Origin: Atractiella rhizophila
Taxonomy: Eukaryota
Length of the DNA: 63,202 bases
Assembly (NCBI GenBank): GCA_021432655.1
Contig: MU271196.1
Coordinates: 124,001-187,202, forward strand
Reading direction: 5' to 3'
Below are positions 24,686 to 38,692 of the stretch, one piece after another (the first letter of the stretch is position 1; each line of letters opens with the position of its first letter). Made by a program: the position numbers and the translations under genes. The notes under the pieces are model-generated. The model was not told the origin of the DNA, did not search any database, and was given only the letters and a program-made list of their open reading frames with translations.

Positions 24686-26284
24686 ATGTCTCCAACACAG
24701 TCCCCACTGCCAACAACAGTCAACGAATCGCAAGAGAGCGCTCAGGCATATGCATTGGTACGTCTTGCTTGAATATCTTCAAGTTCTTTGTCTGACGAAC
24801 ACCAGGCGTCAGATCAGTACTTAGGGCTTTCAACTCCTAGCTCTCTCTCTTGCAAGCTGCCAAACGAGATCATTGAGTTGATCGTATCTATCTTCTTCAT
24901 TCGCAGTGACCGTCGCATTGCGGGGATGAAGCCGTTGTCTCTCATCTGCCGTTCGTGGCTTATCCTCACTCGACGCTTCCTGTTCCGCCAATTGCTGGTA
25001 AGCCATATGAAGAAACTTGAAACGTTACTCCTACGTTTCGTGGAAACACCCATTAGACTTTACGTTCTTAGCCTTACGATTATATGCAGTATCAGCGGCG
25101 ACATTTGTGCAACTCTGCCAAAATTATTTCATGCTTTTCCCAATGTCAGACATCTCCAACTCATCTTCTCGGAGGCATCACTATCAAGTTGCTCGAACGA
25201 AGTAGCCGCCGCCCTGAATGGAGTGCTCTCAAGCGCGCTTTCGAGTGGTTTAGACTTACAATTCCTCACTTTGACTGACATCACACGTTTCAACCCGCAA
25301 ATTGACGAGATATTGTCTCAATTCCAACACCTGAATACACTATCCTTGCACTACACGCGTCAATATGTATTTCCCGCCAACGAGGACGTTCCTCCATACG
25401 TTTTCCCCCCTGGACTATTTTCTTCGCGAGTATACTGCCTTGCGATCAAAGGAAGAATTCTTCATCATTTTTCCTTGTCAAGCCAGTTCCCAAACTTAAC
25501 TCGACTGTCGCTAGTTCAAGATAGTAGGTCCTTTCAAGCTAAAGATGTGAAACATTTAGCACCGCTTTTCGAACACCTCACTCACTTACATTTCAGAACT
25601 CAGATCGCTCTACACATAAAGGCTCCCAAGAAAGGAAAATGGGCACGTGTTCCCAATGAGCCAAACCTTACGGAGTTCGAAGAAGGCTTGAAAATCTGCT
25701 TTGAAACGGCTCGACGCTTGCGGTTTTTTGCTTTTGATTCTGACGCAATGGAGTTATCTATCTTCAGCATCCTGCCGCCTTGTCTTGAATCTCTTCGTCT
25801 CACGCCATTTCACGGCCTCAGTCAATTGTATGGAGTGAGGCGTGCAGTCAAGTCTCAAGATGAACGGCTACCCAATCTTGGCACTGTGTCCAGAGAAGTC
25901 CCGCTTAATTCGATCACGGTTCACACAGGAGAAGACTATCTCGAAAGTTTGGTCAAATTGATGCATTTCCCTTCATTACGTCTTGTTTCCGTAGTCTCTA
26001 ATAGAAATTTTCGCACAATGTCACAACTTGCAGAAGACAAAGCAGTTGTGGAACGATTGACGGAGGTCTGCAACCTGATCAACGTCGTCCTAGAAGTGCA
26101 GGTGACGGACGATGCCTATCCGGGGTTCAACATCTTCGAAGAGCGTTATATATCTGACAGGCGGCAACAGCTCGCTAGAGTGTCTGCGTGGAAAGATCGA
26201 ATGGGAGAGAGACAGCGAGTGGAACGTGCAGAATCGCAAGTTGTCACAAAGAGCACTCGCACCCGGAAATGCTTGCTCATGTAA
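24686..26284 (+). CDS. F-box/LRR-like protein
   Basis: Exon 1 from ATG 24686 (MSPTQSPLP...AYAL) splices in phase into the 24788 ORF. F-box-like LPNEIIELIV...LSLICRSW...RRFLFRQL is followed by LRR-like units (FPNVRHLQL, FQHLNTLSL, FPNLTRLSL). Confidence 0.75.
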
Positions 26285-26785
26285 CGGCTGGTTTACGCCA
26301 AAATTGTATCTCCAGCCCGTCTCTGCCTCTACAACAAACGGGGAAGTTTTGCTCAAAGGGTGATCGAGTCTGTGCGGTCCAGCCTGACCGCCAGTTTACT
26401 ATCGCAACAAGTTTAGAATTGATACTTATGGAAATAAATGTTGTTCACCACAAGATTATGGATCTTGAATCATTGTCTCGTCGAATTTGAAAAGTTGAGA
26501 ACGCAAGAATGCACTTTGCGGGAGCGATGCGCGCTATTATACGACGTCTGAGAGGGTTATGCTAGAAAGCAACAAGGTTGACTCATGCATGCATTAGTCC
26601 ATACGTTTAGGAGTCCTACTCGCATTTCAGAGTAGACGATGGGCTCATGTGCGATCGCAACTTCCTCAAGGGAAATGCGTCAGTAATAAAAAGGGTCGCC
26701 ATCCAAATTCATTTCTCCTGAAGAACAGCGGAGGGAATTTCCAATACAGACACCTTAAAGTGAGCGCTACTATAACCTAACGAAG

Positions 26786-27412
26786 ATGGCTCGACTCTGT
26801 AAGCTGATACTGGTATAAGAATAGGCGCAACTGACGGCATAACGCAGCAGGTAACGATCAAAGCGACAACAGCTCAAGAGGTTCTTCAGCCACGTTGACA
26901 CCTCAAAGGCTCCAGCGTGGCACCTCCGCGCCGCCAACCAGCTATTCTGGTCGTCCTTTCCAGAAGGAACACAACTTCTTCCGAGCGAGAGCTGTTCCTA
27001 GTCAGGATCAAAGGGTGTTCTCTCCTCGGCCACAAGCTGACGAGGACTATGGTGTGGCTGAACCCCAAGAACATTCCCAGCAACCAATGGAAGAAGACCC
27101 GAACAGTCAGGGCAACAGTCAAGGCACCTCGAGCTCTTGGGACCCTGAGAGTGCGGGTTCTAGCCAGGAGAACCCTTATAAAGGCGACAAAGAAGGAGAT
27201 GGCCTAGATTCCAATGTCGCCCATACAAGGCTGCGGAAGGCTGAAAAGATGGAGTGTGACCCAACGAAGGTGAATGAAGAAAGGAGGAACACTGCTTTTG
27301 CTACTATCCCTACGAGCCGAATCGCCCAGCTCCAGAGAACTGCATTCACGAGAAAAGGTAAGCGTTTTTATTGAAGTGAACTATATTTACTAATACATTA
27401 GCGATAAACTAA
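26786..27412 (+). CDS. Hypothetical low-complexity/disordered protein
   Basis: ATG 26786, a canonical intron (gtaagc...ctgac...cag) joining in frame to ORF 26895, and a second intron at 27358-27401 followed by a quick stop. No recognisable family. Confidence 0.35.
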
Positions 27413-28159
27413 AGATTCTATGATTTGAACTCAGACTTATGACAACGAAATTTATGACAATGTACTATGCTATCTGAACCATTTTGGTCCAGCATCTGTA
27501 ATAGCTATCGAGTGTCCTACCGATTTGGCACCGACATCTCCTGTAATCACGGACTTTGCCAAACAGCTGTTGTATGCGAAAACTCTACATGAACTCGATC
27601 ATCAAAATGGTGCGCAGTGGAAAGGCGAAAGTCAAACTCTCCATTAACAATGCTCAAAAGGGCGACCATCAGAAGACTTATCATGAAGCGTATACAAAGT
27701 GGGTACGAGTGCCCACTCACATCTGCCCCTTCGATCGCGAGACTAGATCCTAGCTGCATCCTGCAGGACAATATCCCCTTAACCTCCCAAACCCAAAACC
27801 ATCGTCCGTTTTACGAAAACAAGTGTGTGTGTCAGTCGCCTTCGTGTCTCAGGCCCTTGAACCTACCCTGACTCAGAATGAAGTTGCACTGCAAATAATT
27901 TTTTCACCACTTCAAAATATTCCATACCACTTTAGGAAGGTGCAGACATATCCAGTAGGATGATGTAATTCATTTCATTTCAATATTCCCGGCGACGAGG
28001 TATTGAACGCTCAAAAGTGAATTTATGCCAAGAACTGATTGATTCTTAGTGGAAGGAGAGACTAACCTATTAATCTTTCTTTAGTCTGGTCACATTTCAC
28101 TTCTAGGATTATTTCGCATCTTGCAGAACTGTCACAGAACGAATAGAAGTTCCTTCCCC

Positions 28160-31100
28160 ATGTCTCTCCCTCCGTCCTTGGTTTCTCTTAGTCCTTTCCT
28201 CGCGCCAGACTTTACACCATCTCAAACCGACCTCCCGTTGTCCACCCTCGACCAAGCCATCAGCGCCGTTAACAAGGAGATCCAGGAACTCGTGTCGAAA
28301 AATTACAAAGGTTTATTAGGAGTTGTGAAAGATGTAGGTGAGCGGGAGGGTGGAGTTAAGGAGGTTAAAGCGAAAGTTCGGATGATGGAGGATGGGGTTA
28401 ACAAGTGAGAGCTTTTACCATTTGGTTTCTCTACTATTCGATTTTGCTTTGAACTTGTTGCAGTCCTTCTTGAAGTTAAAGATTTCTACGCTATACATCT
28501 ATTGAATCAAAATCACTTTGTTTGTTCTTTCCAAACGCCCTGCTTCCCAGTTGCTCAGTTTTGTGAGGATGCTTCAGGCCTTATGTTCATACCCAATTAC
28601 AGGCTACGACACAAGATCACGACTCCGTACAAAACACTAGAGGAGACGCTTCTCTCGCTGCAGCGGACGCAAAGAGCGGCCTCGCTCGCAGAACGAACAC
28701 ATCGGTCTGTGTCTCCTCTTCCTCTGCTTAAACTTCCTTCCCATCATTGATAATTTACGACTGTACGACAGCTTCATCACGCTTGCTCGCCGTCTCGAAT
28801 CTCAAATGACGGAGATGAAAAATACTCAAAGCGTCGAAGACCGAGCACTTTCTGATGCTGCATTGACCGTTGGGGAGATGGGTAGGCGGATCTCCTTTCT
28901 TCGTCCACTTAAGAGATTATGAGAGAACACATGGAATCTAACCATGCGTCTGGCTTGCATGCAGAGCTACTGCTCGGCCCAGCGCTGCCTTCGCCCTCCT
29001 CCTCGTCTGAAAGCCTAGTAGGAGACCTCGACGTCTTGGATCTGGAAGGAGAAGTAGATACAGAACGGGACAGCATAAGACTCGTCAATTGCGTCGATGC
29101 GTATCTACCGACAATGGAACGGAGCAAGGCACAGATTGTAATGGCCATGGAGCATGGAGTTGGAGAGAGTTTGAGACGCAACGTGCGCTTCCCTTCTTTC
29201 AGTTGAGAGCTGAGCCAGAAGAACACAACGAATCTGAAACTATGGGTGGATGATGCAGAATTCGGCTCTCCTTGCTGCTTCCTTGCAAACCGCTTCTAAT
29301 CTAGGAGTACTACCGACTCTTGTCAAGTCGCTCGTGGAGGATTTGAATGATGCCGTGGAGAGTAAGTCTTCCTTTAGATCTACTTAGTCAATCAGCGTGT
29401 CTGATGAGGCGACAGGTCGAATAAAAATCACTTTCGACCTACGAGACATGGGCAAGGATATCACGGGTCCAACAAAAGGTTTTACCCTCCCCCACTATGC
29501 ACTACACTACCATTTATGGGATGTTAGATACCTCAACGATTTATAAATCACGAGCACGCCTGGAACCTACGTCACTCAACTTACCACAATTCACATCAGC
29601 ACTTTGGAGTCGATTAGAAGTGATGATCAAGGAACTCGCCACATGTTGTATCAAGGTCAGCCTCTTTTCTTGTAGGTGAGGCATAAGTTGAGTTCAGTGC
29701 AGGTTTATGCCCTTGAAAAGGTCTTACGGCTTAAGAAGGATCCTATCACTCAGCTCTCTTTCCTCGACAATGTATTGAAGGTATGGAATTACCCCCTCAT
29801 CTCACTATGACCCAATCTTCATATTTGCATCAGATTCTAGACGATAAACCGAGTTTGGTGTACTGGCGTTCCATGTCCCACGCACTGGAAACTCAAGCTC
29901 GAGAAGCGGTGAGAAGTACGCGTTTGAACAATCTTAGCCCTTTTGTTTGACCAAATCACAGGCTCGCCTTTCATTCAACAAACACTGGGAAACAATTATC
30001 CTCGCCTCTTAAGGCTCTTTCACGACTTCTTCTCCTCCATTACAGTACATACAGACACCATCTACACCTCCGAATCCCAGTCCCCGGAAACCGTCCTCGT
30101 CCTCCGATCCATCTCTCCTTTCGAAACCCTTTACACAGCACGCTTTAACTCAAGGCTTAATGAAGCAATCGGACTGTCGTTCACGACTTCCGGTGGGAGA
30201 AATGGGATCCCATCACCAAATGACGGCTTGAACATCGGACGGGTAATGGCGAACGAACTTGATGCTGCTCGATTCGACCCACTCCTCTTTAGACAGACTG
30301 CAAAAGGGATAGAAAAGGCTATGGACGGATTCATGGCACGCTGCGATAACCTCGTACGCTAAGTTCTCATGCATAAGGAAGAAAGTGCTGATCGAAGTTG
30401 AACGACAGATTGTTCGAGATCATAATGCTACGAGCGTCGTAGCGCGATCAGCGACAACTGCTCAGTTAACGAATGCTGACCTTATGGGTGCACTCTACCA
30501 AGTGTGGATGATGCTTAGTCGTTCCGTTATTGAGTACCCAGCTGGAATTCAAACTCTCTTGAGTCCTATCATCGAAGTGAGTTCGCATTCATCTACCTGC
30601 TACTGACGCTAAGGAACTTAGACATGTCGTGCACGATACCTTTCTATTATTGTTCCGCTCCTCAGCGCTGTCCGCAGAGAACTTTCTGCCATTATGAACC
30701 GAATACACCGAAGTGACTTTTCTAGGCCTGGTGGCGAAGGGACGAGCGTGTATATGAATGAACTGTCGGACAAGCTTGGCTACGTACGAACAGAGCTACT
30801 GGGCGGATTGAAGATGGGAAATCTGGTGAAAGAATGGTATGGATAATTTTGGGTCTAGAAGTCACGCTCACGTTTGTTAGGGCGGTGGAACTGGCAAAAT
30901 TTGTCGTACAGACATTTTTGATTCACATATCAATCATCAAACCGCTAGGGGAAGTCGGCAAATTGAAACTCACAAGCGACATGACTGAGCTCGAATTCTC
31001 TCTTTCAACGTTTCTTGCCGAATTTAATCTCACCCTCGAAGCCATGGGCGAGCAATTCAAATCCCTTCGTGGCTTTCGGTTCGTCCCTTTCGTTCCCTTC

Positions 31101-31420
31101 TATCGACATCCACAATTGATCAGATACCCAGAGAACTATTGTGGTCAGACACTTCGCTTCTGCTCACGTTGCCTTCAGCGTCCTCCTCAATCTCTCCCAT
31201 CTTGATCATCCACCATCTCATCGTCCGAAGCACCAGCCTCGATCTACCGCATCAGCAGCATGGTTGGACAGAAGCAGAGTATGTCCGGTGGCTTAACGAG
31301 CATGAGGAAGCGGAAAGAGTGAGACTACTCGAGAGAGTCGAAAGAGAGGAGGCTGCCAAAGACAAGGAGAAGGAGGAGCTGAAGGGTTGTATTCTGCGAT
31401 GGAAGGAGCTCCTTCTTTAA
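28160..31420 (+). CDS. COG5: Conserved oligomeric Golgi complex subunit 5 (multi-exon)
   Basis: FLAPDFTP N-terminus, YPRLLRLFHDFF, NELDAARFDPLL, IKPLGEVGKLKLTSDMTELEFSLS, LPHQQHGWTEAEYVRWL. Confidence 0.88.
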
Positions 31421-31599
31421 ATCATGTTGACCTTGCTATCTTCTTGTTTGTCACTTTCAAGTAGTTTTATGTTGCTGTTGCTAGTCAGTACACTGGAGTT
31501 TATCACAACTGACTGGGAATTCAGCGAATCACAATAGTGTCTGCGCTATCTCCCAAGTATCATTTCGATTACTGCAGATACTAGATATTACTTTGCTGC

Positions 31600-31704
31600 A
31601 CAAATCAACGGGTGCAGTCGATCAATATCAATCAATGCATTGATTTAATCAATTAATCAATATTGATTGGTATTGAAGCAACGGCCATCTGCACTGTTAC
31701 TTGT
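31600..31704. repeat. Nested inverted repeat built from ATCAAT/ATTGAT units
   Basis: Perfect palindromes at 31630-31645 and 31655-31668; arms 31622-31636 / 31662-31676 (one mismatch); outer GTGCAG/CTGCAC pair. Confidence 0.7.
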
Positions 31705-31914
31705 TTGGTATTTATCACCGAACTCCACCAGTTCTTGCATGATGCTCAATTGAAAACGGAGAACCACTGATACCAGGGAGTTGGACGCCGGTGGACCAAG
31801 GACCCTCTAGGTTTGATTTGACGGACGTCCATGATTACGCGACTGGTGGGGGTACAACCAAGGGTCCATTGTGAATATCGTTGAAGGTCAAAGCTCGCAG
31901 GAACCAATTTCTTG

Positions 31915-34296
31915 ATGTCTCGTTGCACGGCCTGCGAATGGCATAATGTTTTGGAATGTGAGCCAGTTGCACCTCCAGCTCGCACTCCATGCAAAAGGTG
32001 TCGCAAAATTGGATTGAGGTAAGTGTTCATTTGACATTGCCAATGCCAAGCACACTAATGAATGTACTATGAATCTCAAGCTGCACATTCAGTAGCACGA
32101 AGCGAGCTGGTCTACGTCTTGGTCGCAGAAACCCTGGCAATCGAGAGGTGCCTCTGCAAGGACGTCACAAGAGCATTCGCATTGGTGATTCAGGGGGCAA
32201 AGGCCAACAGCTTACGGAGCAGCGTGATGCCGTTGCTTACTCCATGTTGCGAGCCATGAACATATCCGCATCTTCGCTGAATTCCCGCCTCGGGGAAATA
32301 CAACTTATGATTAGTCTAGGTAACCATCTTTTGAGTGGTATAGTTTGACCTTTTCTGCTTCCTTATACCTGAGCTTCGTTTTCTAGTCGCATCTATTCAT
32401 CTACGAGCCGACTTCTCGTTCCTGTCCTTCCTCCCCTTCTCCGAAGACTGGGTTTCATACGAACGCTTGCGCTCGAATCAAACGTCCTTAGGGCCATACT
32501 TGGACGTGAGCATCGTTTATCTGCTGCTACTAGTGCAATGCTTTAAGTCAAATTTTAGTTGTGGATTGCGTATTGTCTTGCAATGGCGTCTTCCATTTCA
32601 AACCATTCTGCAAGTTGTTGCTACCGGCACTTCCAAATCCTAAAAGTTCGTGTAACAGGCGATTGTCGGTCATAAAAACGCTATGGAGTCCATCCCTCTT
32701 CAGACTCTGAACAGCACCGAACTCAATGATTTGAGGCAAGCTGGTTACAGCAGATATGCCATTCAAGCACACTTCGTCGACAAATGTTATAATGTCGCTA
32801 TATCGGTGCTCTCTTCGTTTGGCCAAACAGATTTTCAGGCATTCAAAATAGCAGTAACGATTTTGGGTACCGTGAACAAAAACGACGAGCAAGTTCGACC
32901 TCGAAAAAGGCTACTTATCGAGGAGTGCGCTCGCTGTTTCAGAAACCTCTGGGAACAAGCAGAGAATGACACTAAAAAGGCTGGAGATGTTACCAACCTT
33001 CGCCATGCTATGTGCACGTCCTTTCCTCTACACATCCTCATTTGTTGACATTGATTCGGAAGGCTGAAGACCATTCCGCGTGTCGACTAGCCTTGCCTGC
33101 TGTGTGCGCATGTTCTCCCTCCTCCTGACAACCAATCAATCGATAAACTAGGCGTGACGAGGATCTCCGGCGTTACTCGAGGATACAAGAATATGCCCCA
33201 ATAATCATTAGTTATTCAACTGCTTTGACACAGCTGGAGTTGGAAGCAGGCCAGTTCTCCAAGGACGGTTATGCAGAACGTATCTACGAGTGCCTTCAAT
33301 CAATCCTGAGGTCATTGGTTGTTTCTCGTGCGTTGATAATTCCCTTACTTATGACTGAAGGTTGTATTAGGACGTCGAGTATTTGAAACCGAGAGTTCAA
33401 GAGACGCTGTTGAAGGCATCTGTGTCACAGCTTGTCAAAGCCTGCATCGATACCGAAGGTGGCGGAACAGATGTTTTCAAGTGTTGACGGCCCGAGACTT
33501 TGAACAACCGGAAACCTCCTTCCTCACTGGACCTCACGGCGAGGAACCTCTCGGATACACACGAGTATTTGTTGCGCTGGAGACAAAGAACGTCTTCATA
33601 TTTACGCATACCATTCAGAAAGCCCTCAAAGGTTTTTCTGATAGTTCAATCCTTCGCCATCTCTCGATGGAGGCAGTTCGCATGACTGATGAAGCCGTCG
33701 CATTTACCATGGACTTGATGGATCATATCTTAAGCCAGACGCAGATCAGAACCCTCCCCATAGTACACGGAAAGTTTTACGGGCAGTTTCATTATCCTCT
33801 TACAATTTTCAAATTTCTTCGAGACCTTCCTGAAGGGTTAGATTACCTCACAGGGTGGATTCAACGATTCCCCCAATACGAAAACGTGATATCAAGGTGG
33901 GCAACTTCTGATTGAGGACGACTGCTGACAACACAGCAGAATATTCAATATCACGCGACACATATCTTGGCGAGGCAGGTTCGAAGCAGATTTGGCCACA
34001 GCTTTCGAAAATGCTCTCAAAGTGACCACAGTGCGTTGATGTGTCTTTTGTCTCAACCAACCTAACGCTGAAAAAAGGAATCTACAACTATGGATGATTT
34101 TTCGCGGACATTGAGCAATGTCATGACACCGGATGATAATTCGCCCCTTCTCCAGCGGGCGAGAAACTCGAAGATGACTTCGCCTTCTTTGGACGAGTTT
34201 GGTCAAACAATAGCGAATGTTTTACGGACCTCTACGTCACTTCCACACTCGGGAGAAGACCCTGAGATAGCTGTGTCAGAAAGCGGAGGGAAGTAA
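31915..34296 (+). CDS. Zn(II)2Cys6 transcription factor (multi-exon; 3' end approximate)
   Basis: ATG 31915 gives MSRCTACEWHNVLECEPVAPPARTPCKRCRKIGL, then an intron (gtaagt...aag), then SCTFSSTKRAGLRLGRRN. Downstream + strand exons (32683, 33481, 34090 ORFs) probably encode the regulatory region. Confidence 0.75.
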
Positions 34297-34621
34297 AGTC
34301 ACTACATTTCCTATCGTGATGTTTCTTAACAGTTCCATTTGGTCCAATCCCATATATTGGTTTCATTTCGTGGCAAGCATTTTGTGGACTCTGAAATCTC
34401 ACATAACTCGTTAAAGATGAATTATCCATCAGGTATCATATATCATATGTCGTACTCCTTCTATGAAAAAGCTTCGGCTTACCTATTTTCCATATTCGTT
34501 GAGGACACTGCCTGATATAACTAAGATTCTGCCCTCAGTGTTGACAAGTGTTGGCGCCATTCTCCGACCGCGACGCGAGGAGGCTCACGGCTTGCGACTT
34601 GACTCTTCTGCAGCTTCAGCA

Positions 34622-35744
34622 ATGGCATCATCCAGCTCCGTCTCACAAAAGCCACTTTCCGAACTCACAGATCAAGAGATCCTCGCGCTCACGCAGGAAA
34701 TTAAAGATTCCGAAGCGCGCCAAAATCCTCTCGTTGGGAAACTTGAGCCGTTGAAGAATCTGGAGAAGGAGTATGAACGTGGGACACAGGTGTTTCAGCA
34801 AAAGATTAAATGGCTTGAAGGGAAAGGATGGAAGAGCGTGAGAAGACTAAGAGGAGACGGGGACTGCTTTTATCGAGGTGAGCAAATTGTGGAGAAAACG
34901 TTGTTGGGGTTTTGGATTCGATAAAACACATGAGGACATGAGGCTAGATATATCATTGGTATTGTCCTGATCTTGCGTTTATCTTCACTATTAAATAGCT
35001 AAATAGCGTAGTGCGTAACGGAATTGATCCTGCCACATCCTACGCTTGAAGTGGTGCTGAATTGGAGAAACATAGTTGTTTTTGCTCTTCAGCGCTCATG
35101 CCTCCTTGTCATAGAATTGATCAGATTTAAGCTGATCAAGCTTCTTAGCCTTCGCCTACCTCTACGTTACGAATCTCTCCCTTCATCCCAATCTCATTCC
35201 TTTGGCATTGTCACACATTTCCTCCCTGCTTCCTCTACTGGACCAAGCGGGCTTCCAACCGATGATCTATGAAGACTTCTACTCCGAGTTCAAGTCGCTC
35301 ATCTCGTCTTCCGCTCCCACCTCCACGACAGAGGAGCATATACTATCCAAATTCAACGAAGCCGAGACGTCGAATAGCATCGTAGTCTTCCTCCGTCTCC
35401 TGACTTCCGCTTTCTTAAGAGCGAACGAAGATGAATACGTTCCGTTCCTTTTTTCGTTGGAAGATGATCCAAAGTTCTTTGGCGAAGGACCGCCGAGCAT
35501 GATTAATTTCTGCCAATTTTACGTCGAAGCTGTCAATAAAGAAGCCGATCACGTACAGATTGCCGCGCTGACGAAAGCGTTGAAGGTTCAGGTGGAGGTG
35601 GCATACCTTGATCAGAGTGGAGCTGGAGGAGAGGGCGAAGTCGATTTTCATAAATTCGAGGGAGAGGAAGGGAAATTGAATTTCAGCTGGGAGGGCAAAG
35701 CTTTGCTCTATCGTCCGGGTCATTATGACTGTTTGTATAAATAA
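34622..35744 (+). CDS. OTUB1: Otubain-family deubiquitinase (peptidase C65)
   Basis: RRLRGDGDCFYR catalytic Cys motif, SNSIVVFLRLLTSA, KEADHVQIAAL, LLYRPGHYD. One ~270-nt intron. Confidence 0.92.
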
Positions 35745-36085
35745 ATATGTGGCAAAAAGTCGAGAATTTTGTTAGATGTAAAATGAGCACAATGTCTTGA
35801 AACAAATATGAAATTATGAAGCTTTGCCTCCAATGTTGTCCCTGCGGCTCATTTCATTAAAGATTTAGTTTATTCGAGAACAGTAGTGTATTCGAGTCCC
35901 TATTTGCAGCTTCCACTAAAGGAAGTAACAAACTTTGGAGATTTGGATAAGAATACATAATTCCAATTCCTGATGGACGGATCAATCCGTGGGTATAGAG
36001 TGGTACTCATCATCAACGATGATTTAAAAGACTGAAAACAACTTTGAATCCCTTTTCTTCACGAAAATTCTTCCGTTAAGTGTGT

Positions 36086-37709
36086 TCACTGGAACACCTA
36101 GAAGATAAAAATATTTTAATAAGGTCCGCATAATGAAGATACGCAGGACGTACCCTGACCCATTGAACCTCGAAGTAGGCGTTGCGATAATTTGATCCCT
36201 GTTGCACCCAGGCAGTGCAGTCTTGTAACAAGGAATCATGAGCTTTGCATCAGATCAACAGGAAGAAAACATACCGCCACATCCCATGCTTTGTTTCCAA
36301 GTTGTTTCCTGTTAGAATTTGCTTTTACGCGATGGAGAGAAAGACCGACCTTCCAGAAACAGCTCCAGCCCAATCTCCACAGAGCGTGATGTCAAAGACA
36401 ATATTCTGGGGCTGGAAGTGGTTCATGTTGCACGTTGCGGAGTCCCACCGACCAATGGGGGTGCCGAAGGTGGTCGGGTTGGGGTTGACGCTTCCATCAG
36501 CAAGAGAAGCGGGTATTTGGTTCCTGGGCCAGTGCCAGTAGTAGACACCAGTAGTGTCATAAAGCATGGCCTAATTGCATTTGAGTTTGGGCGTAGTGGA
36601 AGGAAGGGACTCACCCAGATACCTCCCTGTACGTTGCTGGCTCCTTGCCCGTATGAGTTAGCAGATGTGTCGAGAACACCTGTACAGCCCCTGCACGTCA
36701 GATCATAGACGGATGAAGGACTCAAGAGCGTACCGCATCCGGCATTGGAATTGACAGCAGTCTGAATTTGTGTTCAATATTACCGAAAGCAAAGCTAGGG
36801 AGCACTTACGTTGCAGTCAGATTGCAGAACCTGTCCACTTCCCGCCATAGGCGTTCTCAAAGTGCAACCAGCCGTCGTGTGCAGCGTCGCCTGGTTGTTG
36901 GCTTGGTTGTGTACCCGAGGAAAGCAGAATGAGAACCGGAGTCAAAGAGGGTGGAAGACAAATGCGTGCCCCCTCTAAAATGTCAAGTTCTCCACCGTTC
37001 GGCCAGTTTGGTCCAACAAGCCAGAAAGCTGGCCTTGGTGATCTCAATTAGTAGGACTAAGGATCGAAAGAAGAGAACGTACCATACGGAACATCCGAAC
37101 GGGACGTGCCTATGAGATTTTAATTCAGAAGGTTTCCTTTTGATGCAGGTATCGCGCACCAAGCGTTGAGGACCACAAGTGATCCAACACCAAAGGTCTG
37201 TTGGGAAGACAGTCGGATAGAATTTCTTTTCGCACCATAAGCAAGGTTGCTGTAGGAGTCCACTGTGAGGATAGCGTGATTTTGGGACTACGATGAACAC
37301 TCAGCATCCGATAATGCGAGCAGAGAAAGTGGTACATTAATAACAGCCAATCCGAGATTCGCAGCTTGGTTCCTGTCACCAATGTAGTTGACAAGGCCGT
37401 GAGTCGGCTCGCCGTTGGGGTAAGACTCGAAGTTCCATCCGTCCAAAAAGTTTTGACCTGCTAATTGTTAACTGATTTCCAATGAATGTGACAAAGGCGT
37501 ACCATTGTAAGTGGTATATCTATCGCAATCGAAATATGTGAATAAGATGGACAGGTTGAAAGGTTAGAAATCTCACTCTTTGACCTGTGCCCAAGTGTCA
37601 GTCACGTTGAAGATTGATACAACTTCGTTTCACTCACCATATTGTAGTTGCGATTGTCTAGTGCGACAACTGCAACTGACAGAAGGGAAACGAAGGCAAT
37701 GGACTTCAT
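36086..37709 (-). CDS. Secreted GH16 endo-1,3(4)-beta-glucanase, paralog 1
   Basis: Signal peptide MKSIAFVSLLSVAVVA-LDNR, PAFWLVGPNWPNGGELDILEG (ExDxxE), IVFDITLCGDWAG, C-terminal NAYFEVQWVR|VFQ. Confidence 0.9.
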
Positions 37710-38692
37710 GGCGGGGAGGAGCTGAGAAAATCTGGAAAGGTGGGCGAATGCAGGGAGAAAAGGGATAGGAGAAGCAAACCTGATCAAAGCACGTTTATAT
37801 AGACGAGATATTCCGGCATGTCGAAACACGAGACACGAGGTGCTCTGTGGGCTGTTCTGGCGATTGTGAAGGGCGTGGCTTGACCGACAATTCTCACATG
37901 TTCTGTCTCCATGCTCGAAGAGGGAGCATGAATCCAAGAATTGGCAACGGTACACGATCCGACCAAGGACGGGCAAGCTGTAACTAGAGTTAACCTTCGT
38001 CGGGAACGGAATTTTGATGTGGCGGGACGGACTGGGGGAAGGCTCAGGTGAGCTGGAAACCACCCGCTTCCCCTCCTTCATCTCACCATAACCCCATGAC
38101 TTCCCTTTTCATGGTGGGAAGACTACTCATAGGACGGTATGGGGACAAAAATGGGATGGAAACTCCGCGCTGATGTGTTGATCCATCGTGGAGGTCAACA
38201 TGTGCATGATCCCTAGTGTATCAAGGAACTTTTTTGCACATCTATCGCCATCGATAAATGCAAGGTTTGCGAGCGAGGAAGAGCCACAGGACGGACGCCA
38301 ACGTACAACCAGCCGCGACGCGTCTGGAAGTGGAGTGAACGGACTGAAGCAAAAGCAAATTTTCGAACGTCGATGGGCGTTTGATACTCTGGCTCACCGC
38401 CGTCGTCAAGGGCAAGGAGCGAAGTAACTTGAAGGAAGGCGACTGTTGGGAGAACAACCAACCGGACTCGGACTTCCAAGTCCAGTCAGACTTAGTACAA
38501 TATTTCAGAAGACATTCACGATTGCGCCTCATCTATGTGCTGTGTGCTGTGTTTATGTTTATGTTCAGGATCAGGATAAAGCTGAGATCTGCGAGATGAA
38601 ACGGCTAAGTATGATACATTGCAAAAAATAATTAAATCCTTCTTAATCAGGAGCCATGGTCCTTTTTTTGCCATCCCAACAAATAAGGTCTT

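Noticed and set aside
31746..32090. Minus-strand 'HWQCQMNTYLNP' resembling a KDZ transposase motif
   Set aside because: Explained as the antisense of the Zn2Cys6 exon and its intron on the + strand.
34878..35148. Possible C/D snoRNA in the long otubain intron (ATGAGGA...CTGA)
   Set aside because: Imperfect C box and no convincing rRNA-complementary guide identified by eye.
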